Below are positions 1-8,010 of a stretch of 13,459 nt of DNA, piece after piece. Source of the stretch: Octopus sinensis (taxonomy: Eukaryota); assembly GCF_006345805.1 (NCBI RefSeq), contig NW_021826291.1, positions 1-13,459 of the forward strand, given 5' to 3'. Position numbers and translations under genes: made by a program. Each line of letters begins with the position of its first letter. Positions within the stretch are counted from its first letter, which is position 1. The notes under the pieces were generated by a model, which did no database searches, was not told the DNA's origin, and saw nothing but the letters and a program-made list of their open reading frames with translations.

Positions 1-255
1 AATATATGCGGGGGCAAGGTGAGAGGGAGAGAGTGGAATACAGGGTGGTGAGAATGTGATAGAGAGTAGGGTAGATGAAATGACAAAGACACACGGATGG
101 CGGGTAGAGAGACAGAAAGAAAAAGAGAGACGAGCGAAAAATATAGATAGGGAGAGGAAGGTGGAGAGGGAGAGAAATATATGCGGGGGCGAGGTGAGAG
201 ACGGAGAGAGTGGAATTACAGGTGTGGTGAGAAAGTGATAGAAAGTAGGGTAGAT
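1..255. repeat. Purine-rich degenerate direct repeat, 175-bp period
   Basis: aatatatgcggggg...gtagggtagat at 1-76 recurs at 176-255 with a few substitutions and indels; the sequence between is GA-rich. Confidence 0.85.
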
Positions 256-312
256 ATAAAGACCGATATAGAGAGCAAGAGACGTAGAAAACGAGGGAGA
301 GAGAGAGAAAGA

Positions 313-351
<39 letters not shown>
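313..351. repeat. Compound (AT)n-(AG)n microsatellite
   Basis: Directly visible. Confidence 0.97.
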
Positions 352-788
352 CTTGTATCTGTGCAATATTAATATCGATTAGTTTCTATAGGTGTGAGAC
401 AATAAATGGTGCGTATTTTAACTGAGATACTGATCTGGAAGCAGCAAAAGCGAAACATATTTTCAGCACGTTATTGAGTTTATCGTGTCGACGCGGCGGC
501 AGCTAATACAATATTTGGTTTTAACAAGTATTAAATATTTATAGTAAATAGTGTAGTTAGAAACAAAAATGGTTAGTTTATTATAATTCCTGCTGCAGCC
601 TAACCCATTTCCTCAGAACGGTTTATATTTCGCCCAAAACAATAATAAAAAAAGAAATAGAAAAGATAAAGAAAAGAGGATAAATTCTACTGATTCTGAC
701 GATACGTTTATATCTTCGGAAATCTGCAGAGAATTCTGTGTTATGTGACATTTTTGTTTCTGATCTAAACCAGTTTTGGGGAAAGTGA

Positions 789-810
789 AATATACGAGAC
801 CCTTGCAAAA
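789..810 (+). repeat. 22-bp direct repeat, copy 1
   Basis: aatatacgagacccttgcaaaa is identical to 1756-1777. Confidence 0.95.
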
Positions 811-817
811 CCCGTTT

Positions 818-1045
818 TTCCTCTTTTTGTTTTGGTCCTTTCGATTGCGGTTATGCTGAAGTATATTATTTTTCGTAAAGCTTGGTTCTTACGGCATCGG
901 TCTGTTTTTGCCGAACTGCTAAGTTACTGCGACAGGAACATACCGACACCGGTTCTCAGGCGGTGGCTGGGGACAAGCACACACACAAACACAGACACTC
1001 ACGCTCACACAACCACACACACAAACGTGCATACATATATGCATA
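818..1045 (-). mobile_element. SINE family A body/3' tail, diverged, with internal CA-rich tract
   Basis: atcggtctgtttttgccgaactgctaagttac...ggggacaagcacacacac resembles an octopus tRNA-SINE body as recalled; not verified by search. Confidence 0.65.
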
Positions 1046-1059
1046 TATTTACTGTTACT

Positions 1060-1121
1060 GGTGTTGCTCCAGCATTGCCACAGCCTTACGGCCGGAATGT
1101 ATAAAGCAAAGAAAGAAAAGA
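1060..1121 (+). mobile_element. Possible SINE family A 3' tail fragment in the opposite orientation
   Basis: gctccagcattgccacag followed by an A-rich tail; partly complementary (about 12/18) to 845-862. Confidence 0.4.
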
Positions 1122-1128
1122 TTGTAAC

Positions 1129-1136
1129 ATATATAT

Positions 1137-1187
<51 letters not shown>
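1129..1187. repeat. (TA)n microsatellite
   Basis: Directly visible, one interruption. Confidence 0.97.
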
Positions 1188-1191
<4 letters not shown>

Positions 1192-1308
1192 GGTTCTGAT
1201 CTCCCCTGTTCGAAAATATAAGGAGACAGAATTTTTTGCGTCGTATAGCCAGCTGGAAATGATGTTTTCTGAGGCTAAATATGAGTAACATTCCACCTAT
1301 CCTGGTCG

Positions 1309-1383
1309 GCCACGCAATGGGACTGAACTCGGAACCATGTGGTTGAGAAGAATACTTCTTACCACGCAGCCACGCCTGCTCCT
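1309..1383 (-). mobile_element. tRNA-derived SINE family A head (Pol III A and B boxes)
   Basis: Minus strand has A-box-like TGGCTGCGTGG (1372-1362) and B-box-like GGTTCCGAGTTCAGTCCC (1336-1319); homologous to the plus-strand head at 3211-3275. Confidence 0.8.
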
Positions 1384-1389
1384 ATTCCC

Positions 1390-1710
1390 GATTAAGAGCA
1401 AGTTCACCCATCCGACGAAGCCATAGCATTACTTCGTTCTGATTGCCTCAGTGTTTTCTTGGTAAGAATATTTGCCAATGCCTTCCACAACTGGATGGCC
1501 GCTGACCCACAATGAGCTTATCTGTCCTTTGACAGGTTTTGTTTTTTGTCCAAATGGATGTCCAGCCACCTGCCTCACAAGAGTAGCAAGCTACATAAGA
1601 TGTGTGGAGCTGGTTTAGTCGCAGGCCACTCGACCATAGAACAAGTAGTACTGGCTTATATGGCAACAGTAGTAGGTCTCATAAGGCTGTGAGGAGACCC
1701 TTATCTCTGA
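1390..1710 (-). mobile_element. Possible RTE/Bov-B-related retroelement fragment
   Basis: Minus strand GGAAGGCATTGGCAAA..TATTCTTACCAAGAAAA resembles the GAAGGCAATGGCA...TCTTGCC..GAAAA motif of BovA/RTE-related SINE and LINE ends; recalled similarity only. Confidence 0.35.
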
Positions 1711-1738
1711 CCTGAATATTTTTAATAACGCATTGAAT

Positions 1739-1777
1739 TATACGAGACCCTTGCGAATATACGAGACCCTTGCAAAA
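1739..1777 (+). repeat. 22-bp direct repeat, copy 2 (1756-1777), preceded by a 16-bp partial copy (1739-1754)
   Basis: tatacgagacccttgc-g-aatatacgagacccttgcaaaa. Confidence 0.95.
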
Positions 1778-1964
1778 ACCATATGGTTATGAGTGATCTC
1801 CGTCGTTCGTGGATTAGGATACACTTGTTCAACCAACTGAATTATATGCTTCTGAATTAACGTATAAGTGGCTGAGTATTCCATAGACATGTGTTCGTTT
1901 CACATAGAATCTCATGTAGAATCCCTGTCACACATTGTGTGACAAGGCTGTAAATGTATGCATC

Positions 1965-2127
1965 TGTCTGGTGGGCTTCTATACACTTTCCGAATACAGA
2001 GTTTCACTCACAATATAAGGGTTGATCTGACGTCACAAAAAATAGCTGTGTGTTCAAGATGCATCGTAGTGGAATCGAACCCAAGACTACATAGTTAAAG
2101 AGTGAACTTCTTGTTCATTCGAGCATA
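1965..2127 (-). mobile_element. Old, diverged SINE family A copy (head plus part of body)
   Basis: gtagtggaatcgaacccaagactacatagtt aligns with gcaatgggactgaactcggaaccatgtggtt of the 1309-1383 head. Confidence 0.55.
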
Positions 2128-2227
2128 TTGTGTGATTCACCTTGCCTAAAAATCAAGGACTTGATAGTCATGGCTAAAATGAATTTAATTACAAGCCTGC
2201 TTGATCAAAGCAAACTTGAGCCTTAAA

Positions 2228-2272
2228 AGCAACAAAAACAACAACACCATAACGGCAATAACAACAACAGCA
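2228..2272. repeat. Degenerate (AAC)n repeat
   Basis: Directly visible. Confidence 0.8.
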
Positions 2273-2698
2273 AGTGATTGACAAATTGTCCGCGCTCTTC
2301 ACAAACCTCAGATCTCAAAAGCCCTTCCACCACATCAACTACACAAACCAATTCCTTAAATGTCAAGAACACCCTTGTCAGATGAAATTTTTTCAACAAA
2401 GTTACAAATGCAATGATGTTATCCAAACAAGAATATTTCGAAAACAAAACAATAAAGAGCTACTGTTGTTTTTTTGTTGCTGTGAAGTCCAACATCAACC
2501 CTAATGGATCAGACATTAGAACGAAAGATATTCCAGTTATGTACAGTCAATCGTGCTATGATGCATGGTGAATTAAAAAAGAAATTATCTAACGTACGTT
2601 TCTTCCTTTTTATGCCTTCTTAAGATTAACAAACTGATGGTTAAAACATGCGGATGACCGGTTAGAATTTGCATTAAACTAAAAAGAGAAAGAGCACA

Positions 2699-2721
2699 TC
2701 TATATGTCTATCTGTCTGTTG

Positions 2722-2773
<52 letters not shown>

Positions 2774-2843
2774 GCATGTTTGTCAGTCTGCCTATTTATC
2801 TATATACATATACATAATACCTTATATATATATATATATATAT
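2699..2843. repeat. Compound (TCTG)n/(TATC)n/(TA)n microsatellite
   Basis: Directly visible; pure (TA)n at 2823-2843. Confidence 0.95.
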
Positions 2844-3020
2844 TGATAGAAATGTGAAAACAACACAAGAATGAAAGAGATCTCGATATTGTGTAAATAG
2901 AGGAATTTCTTTGTAAATATAATATGTGACAATTATTCGGTAGCCATGATAGAACTCAGGGTTTCGGATGTCGGGGTGAAAACCCACGCCGGCATCTCTT
3001 CAGTTATCGTGCCATCGACA
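2844..3020 (-). mobile_element. Short hammerhead-bearing element (putative Penelope-like pLTR remnant or retrozyme-type unit), family H1
   Basis: Contains a type I hammerhead fold followed by a ~110-nt T-rich tail that ends at (TA)n. Element boundaries and class are inferred. Confidence 0.55.
2943..3013 (-). ncRNA. Type I hammerhead ribozyme motif with intact core
   Basis: CUGAAGA (3003-2997); helix II GAUGCCGGCGUG/CACCCCGACAUC (10 of 12 paired, loop GGUUUU); GAAA (2965-2962); helix III AC/GU; GUU triplet with predicted cleavage between 2953 and 2952; helix I GGCACGAUAA/CUAUCAUGGC (7 of 10 paired). Confidence 0.75.
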
Positions 3021-3100
3021 AAAATGATATGAAAATGACCGTTAAAACAAAGGGAAATTACTGTGTAATTGACCGTCATTAAGACAAAAGAGCTATTGGG

Positions 3101-3200
3101 ATGACCGCTAAGTAAGTATGTAAGGATATGAGCGCTTACGCGATTACTATGAACATTTTTACTCCCTTACATTTACTCCCTCCCCTTACTTAGCGGTCAT
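3101..3200. mobile_element. 100-bp fold-back/MITE-like element with perfect 16-bp terminal inverted repeat
   Basis: atgaccgctaagtaag (3101-3116) / cttacttagcggtcat (3185-3200); inner 8-bp stem atgtaagg (3118-3125) / ccttacat (3165-3172). No obvious TSD. Confidence 0.6.
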
Positions 3201-3210
3201 TTATATATCT

Positions 3211-3275
3211 GTGGCTGTGTGGTAAGAAGCTTGTTCAGTCCCAATGTGTGGCACATTCGGCAAGTGTTTCCTACC
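3211..3275 (+). mobile_element. SINE family A head with an internal deletion between the A and B boxes
   Basis: gtggctgtgtggtaagaag...ttcagtcccaatgtgtggc matches the reverse complement of 1309-1372 minus about 20 nt. Confidence 0.7.
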
Positions 3276-3283
3276 ATTTGCAT

Positions 3284-3513
3284 ACCTATTTTTTACTATC
3301 CACAAGGGGTTAAACACAGAGGGGACAAACAAGGACAGACAAACGGATCAAGTCGATTACATCGGCCCCAGTGCGTAACTGGTGCTTAATTTATCGACCC
3401 CGAAAGGACGAAAGGCAAAGTCGCCCTCGGCAGAAATTAAACTCAGAACGTAACGGCAAAAGAATTACCACTCAGCATTTCGCCCGGCGTGCTAACGCTC
3501 CTGCACACTCGCC
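3284..3513 (-). mobile_element. SINE family B, near full length, 'aaataggtat'-tail subtype
   Basis: Reverse complement aligns end to end with 8671-8900 (gttagcacgccgggc...gactttgcctttc...ggggtcgataaattaag...tttgtctgtccttgtttg...aaataggtat). Confidence 0.9.
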
Positions 3514-4058
3514 GCCATGCATACATACAAATATTGCATCACAGAAAGTCTATTGTTCAAGAACATATGGGGGCCGCTCGTTCCGGGAATCGATTCAGTA
3601 GTCACGATATTGGGAACGTGAGTGCAACACACTTCCCACTGGTCCATGCAGCTTCGATTTCAAAGACGCCTCGAGTTAAAAAAAAAAGCACTAGAATTAT
3701 AGAAACTACAGACGGGTAGGATTCTGTGTTGTCACGCTCCCATCAATTATCATAATATTCGTTTACTCTCGCTATGTAAAGCATCTAAAGGCCACGTAGA
3801 ATATAAATTGTATGCATGACTAGTCAATGAAGATACTCTGTACTGCATTAGATTAAATACATTTAATGGCTTTGCATGGGGTATCGTGGAATAACATATA
3901 AATTTTCACACATTAAATACTAATTAATTCTATTTAATTAAGCTTGCTTTTGAAATTAATATTCCAGTAACAAGCGATTCATAATCACTTTCATGGAAAT
4001 GTCGTTACAAGATAAACTCCAGATAGCCAGACGTGGAGACATCGACTGGCTGAACGAA

Positions 4059-4062
4059 CACA

Positions 4063-4115
<53 letters not shown>

Positions 4116-4135
4116 AAAGATACACACACACACGC
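4059..4135. repeat. (CA)n microsatellite
   Basis: Directly visible. Confidence 0.97.
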
Positions 4136-4278
4136 ATGCACGTACGTAGGCACGTGCGCACGAAATCAAAAATACGCACATAAATCCACCGATATTCACA
4201 CTCACAGTGGCATCGCGTGCATTCAAACACGCATACATACATTCACACGCACGCAATAGCAGATACACATGCGCATAT

Positions 4279-4456
4279 GCATATATATATATATATTAGA
4301 TATATATATATATATATATATAATATATATATATATTATATACATATATATATATACATATATATATAATATGTATATATATATACATATATATATATAT
4401 ATACAATATATATAACATATATATATACATATTCTATATATATAATATATATATAC

Positions 4457-4494
<38 letters not shown>

Positions 4495-4541
4495 TATACA
4501 TATATATATATATACATATTATAATCTATATATATATACTT

Positions 4542-4585
<44 letters not shown>

Positions 4586-4614
4586 GTGTGTGTATCTATC
4601 TATCTATCTATCTA

Positions 4615-4681
<67 letters not shown>

Positions 4682-4715
4682 AATGTATATATGTATGTAC
4701 ATACATACATATATA
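4279..4715. repeat. Very long interrupted (TA)n array with embedded (TG)n and (TATC)n
   Basis: Directly visible, about 440 bp. Confidence 0.97.
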
Positions 4716-5104
4716 GTAAGAGAGAAAGAGAGAAACAGAAAGAGAGACGGTAAGACATCAAAGTTTTTGTGAGAAATGTACACAGTCACAGTGTTCAAAG
4801 AAATATTTCCTTAAAAGTTATAAACTATTAAAAAGAAAAAAAAATATTTTGAAAGATAGTACGTCACGAATCTTTTGGAGAGAATGTATTATATTTTGTA
4901 TTTTGTATCATATTTTAAAGATTTTAAACGGAGTTTCTTTGCTAAAATGTTAAATCTGTAGCGAACTAGTTTCTCAACGAGCTAACATTAATTCGTTGAG
5001 AATCCAGTCCTCTTTGGATATCTAAGTCGTCTTGATCTGTATTTAAAACATGTCCATATTGATATAAGTTCATTTGTATATATAGATCGTTAGCCTCTAC
5101 ACAC

Positions 5105-5260
5105 TTTTTTTATCTCCTTGTTTTTTTCCGTGTCCTTTTCTGTAGAAGAGCGTAGGCTCGAAACGCAAAAGACTTTTTCGATTCCTGAGCGTTATACTAA
5201 TACATCTGTTTGTTTTGTACACCACCTGTCTTCGTCTTTTGTTTTTTTCGTAAACTCTCC

Positions 5261-5263
<3 letters not shown>
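5105..5263 (+). mobile_element. Short hammerhead-like element, family H2, copy 1
   Basis: Homologous over about 160 nt to the reverse complement of 12898-13064 (gaagagcgta-gctcgaaa-g-aaaagactt, gagcgt-a-actaatac, tgtcttcgtcttttgtttt); ends at (TA)n. Confidence 0.8.
5131..5173 (+). ncRNA. Minimal hammerhead-like motif with variant core (CUGUAGA)
   Basis: CUGUAGA-A-GAGC-GUAG-GCUC-GAAA-CGCA-AAAGAC; deviates from consensus at A6 and U16.1, so it is likely inactive as is. Confidence 0.5.

Positions 5264-5296
<33 letters not shown>
5264..5296. repeat. (TA)n microsatellite
   Basis: Directly visible. Confidence 0.97.
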
Positions 5297-5299
<3 letters not shown>

Positions 5300-5566
5300 A
5301 CATGCGTATACATATACATGGTTCTTGAGGTTAATAATCCTACCAGAAACCTAGTGAGTCAATATTTTATTAGATTATTTCGACCATCTTTCCACATTAT
5401 CTCTCTACATTATTCTCAGTTCCCGAAGATAACTCGAGAAATGAATGTAGCAGCTGTATATTTGTAAGGTCAATGATCTTCATGTATGAAACATATTCTA
5501 CGTTCCAAAGGTGCAGGACTCTATATTGAAATACGATCCTTTCGTTTGCCACTATCTATGAAACTC

Positions 5567-5630
5567 TATCTTTCTCTCTCTTTCTCTCCCCTCCTCCTCT
5601 CTCTCTGTTTCTATTTGCTATATCTTGCAG
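5567..5630 (+). promoter_or_regulatory. Candidate 3' splice site: long polypyrimidine tract ending in TTGCAG
   Basis: About 60 nt of mostly C/T ending tatcttgcag|G at 5630/5631; could also be a chance CT microsatellite. Confidence 0.4.
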
Positions 5631-5664
5631 GTCAGGTGTCTATGGGGAGACCACCAGGATTTAG
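5631..5664 (+). CDS. Possible short terminal coding exon (xSGVYGETTRI*)
   Basis: One of three possible phases after the candidate acceptor; no upstream exon or homology identified. Confidence 0.2.
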
Positions 5665-5689
5665 TTCCTCCTCCTCCAATAACAGGGAA

Positions 5690-5990
5690 AACGTGGAATA
5701 GAAGAAAGAAAATTTGGAGGATAATGCTAAGGAGGAGAAGGTGGAGTAGGAGGCCGAGAAGAAGTGGAATGAGGAGGCAGAGAGGAGGTAGAAGGGTAGG
5801 AGGAGAATAAAAAGGAGGAGAGGAAGAAAAATGACCAAAAAATAGCAAACAGGATCTCAAAGAAGAAAGAGAAAGAATTTGGAGGGGCAGAGACGTTGTA
5901 GCAGTAATAGAAATGAAAGACGAATTAGAAATGGAAGAAGAGAAAGGAGGAGGAGGAGAAGAGACAAAAATGGAAGACGGAAGTAGTTGA
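5690..5990. repeat. Purine-rich (GAA/GGA) degenerate minisatellite
   Basis: Recurrent gtgga-tag-ag (5693, 5741) and aagaaaga...aatttggagg (5702, 5863). Confidence 0.8.
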
Positions 5991-6097
5991 AAACGAGTGA
6001 CGGCCATTGGAAGTGAAAGCTACGAACGGTCTAAAACGACGATAAACCCATAAACATAGGGAAATTATTAATGCTAAAACAACAGCAAAGACAGCAT

Positions 6098-6108
6098 CTC
6101 ATCATCAT

Positions 6109-6149
<41 letters not shown>

Positions 6150-6188
6150 GCAACATCAGCAACAACAGCAACAACAGCAGCAGCAGCA
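6098..6188. repeat. (CAT)n-(CAG/CAA)n triplet repeat
   Basis: Directly visible. Confidence 0.95.
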
Positions 6189-6463
6189 AGAAGCCAACAC
6201 TTAACTTGGCTGCTGGAAGCATGGAATAATTGCATTATAAAGAATTCCTCACATATGTTCGCTATATTCTGGTAGAATTGCTGTAAGATTCGAAAATGTA
6301 GTTAACGAGTTCTTGTAGAACAATTCCCCGATGATTTTTAGCCAAGTTCTTGCATGTTTTCGGTTCTAGTAACTCGTCTGTTTATACGAAACTTGATTTT
6401 CTGAACGAAAAACGAAAAACATTATTATCTTTTAGCGCTTTAACCTCGTTTAAATAATATCAA

Positions 6464-6625
6464 GTTGTTGTTGTTGTTGATGATGCTGTTGTTGTTGTTC
6501 TTCTTCTTGTTCTTCTTCTTGTTCTTCTTGTTCTTGTTCTTGTTCTTGTTGTTCTTCTTGTTGTTGTCTTCTTCTACTTCTTCTTCTTCTCCTTCTTCTT
6601 CTTTTCTTCTTCTTCCCCTCCTCCT
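6464..6625. repeat. (GTT)n/(CTT)n triplet repeat
   Basis: Directly visible. Confidence 0.95.
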
Positions 6626-6634
6626 GTTTTCTTC

Positions 6635-6855
6635 ACATATACACATACTTTGAAACACATATATACATGTGTATGTAGACACACACACACACGCACATAC
6701 ACAAACATACGCGTACGCATATAAACATTACACACACACACACATATATATATATATACAAATAAATTCTCCAGCTTCTTGCGTACGTACTCCAAATTCA
6801 ACATACACATACATACATCTCACTCATGTACTCAGACACACCATAGCACACACAC

Positions 6856-6890
<35 letters not shown>

Positions 6891-6900
6891 TACACACACG
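6635..6900. repeat. Degenerate (CA)n/(TA)n array
   Basis: Directly visible. Confidence 0.9.
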
Positions 6901-7197
6901 CTTATTCCTGTCTCCTTATTTGTCCAGCAGCACTTTATATGATGTGTGGGCCCCAAACATTAATTGCGACCATCGGTAAAATCAACATGGCCGTTGTTTA
7001 AGGCAAGAATGAGAAACATTGGATAAAATATAAAATGAAAATTAAAAAAAAAAACAGAATAAACCCTCAAATAAACTCATGTATTCATAAAACCACCTCC
7101 AGATATGCACAAACGATGTATACATAAATAATAAAAATATTGATATGAAATTCAAAAATATTCAAATATCTACGCGGACTCAAAGACCTGAAATTTT

Positions 7198-7345
7198 GTT
7201 TGCAAATTTTGCTACAAGCTAGCAATTTCGAGGGTACGGTGTAGGTCTTATGTTTAGCTGGTACTTATTTTATCGATCCCGAGAGGATGAAAGGCAAGCT
7301 GTCCTCAGGATGGACAAAATTCGCTAAGGGTTCTGCCAGTTCGTC
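7198..7345 (-). mobile_element. SINE family B copy with internal deletion of the B-box region
   Basis: ctggtacttattttatcgatcccgagaggatgaaaggcaa (7258-7297) is the reverse complement of the core at about 8763-8803; head remnant ttctgccagttcg; tail matches 9238-9274. Confidence 0.8.
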
Positions 7346-7355
7346 ACCTTATATT

Positions 7356-7573
7356 AATAATAATTGTTTCAAATTTTAGCAGAATGTCTGTAATTTCGGG
7401 TGAGGTAGTTAGTCAATTCACACTGGCCCCAGCGTTCCACTGGTTATTATTTCATCGACCCCGAAAAGATAAAAGGCAAAGTCGATCTCAGTTGAATTTG
7501 AACTCAGAACGTGCTGACGGATGAAATGCCAATAGGCATATGATCGGCATGCTAATCATTCTGCCAGCTCGCC
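7356..7573 (-). mobile_element. SINE family B, near full length, 'aaattttgaaac-attatt'-tail subtype
   Basis: Head ttctgccagctcgcc, B box gaatttgaactc, core atcgaccccgaaa..aaaggcaaagtcga, tail ataataattgtttcaaatttt complementary to the 9263-9286 tail. Confidence 0.88.
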
Positions 7574-7864
7574 TTAAGAGAGGAGAGAAAGAAATGTCCT
7601 TCACCTGTTATATCGTTACCTACGTAATTGAGTGGAGTGGGGTATGAAGATAGCCAAAAACCAGAAGTGTGGCTCCGAATGCTTACAATCGAGTGGACTA
7701 CCCAAACGACAACCGTGGGGTCAGGTGGTGGTAGTAGACAGGGGCATCAATTAAGTCTAGGAGACAATTAAGTCATGGCAGAATTTGAACTAAAATGCAA
7801 AGAACCGTTTTAGTTCAAATGTAATGAATAAGATCTGACGTTGTTTAAGTTCTTGTCGATCCAC

Positions 7865-8010
7865 GGCCTTTGATTCATGCATTTTTATTGACCGAGAAAG
7901 GATGAAATAATTAGTTGATGTGGGAGGGATTTGAACTCGGAGCAGGTGAGGCTGGAATAAATACCGCGAAGCTATCTGTCTCATGCTTTAACAACTCTGC
8001 CGATTTTGCC
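7865..8010 (-). mobile_element. Highly diverged SINE family B copy
   Basis: ttttattgaccgagaaaggatgaaa, B-box-like ggatttgaactc, head-like taacaactctgcc. Confidence 0.55.

Noticed and set aside
696-735. Fourth hammerhead candidate: CUGACGA (696-702)...GAAA (719-722) followed by the palindrome UCUGCAGA
   Set aside because: No G10.1-C11.1 or convincing helix II, G instead of U at 16.1, and weak helix I; compatible with chance.
1309-1383. tRNA gene at the SINE heads (also 3211-3275 and 12521-12580)
   Set aside because: A and B boxes are present but there is no acceptor stem or cloverleaf, and the sequence continues into SINE body.
1674-1700. HDV-like ribozyme P1 (GGGUCUC/GAGACCU with G.U) on the minus strand in the RTE-like fragment
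   Set aside because: Only 13 nt between the strands, too short for P2/P3/L3, and no GG for P1.1 after the 3' strand.
3993-4259. ORF MEMSLQDKLQIARRGDIDWLNE...
   Set aside because: The short protein-like start runs straight into (CA)n; no recognisable domain and no convincing splice donor.
5618-6007. 129-aa minus-strand Ser/Pro/Leu-rich ORF with a hydrophobic stretch
   Set aside because: Antisense read-out of the purine-rich repeat (CT-rich codons lack stops).
6031-6222. Poly-His/poly-Gln or poly-Leu/Met coding exon
   Set aside because: The plus-strand His/Gln frame is closed by stops at 6043 and just after the repeat, with no start codon or splice sites; simple triplet repeat.
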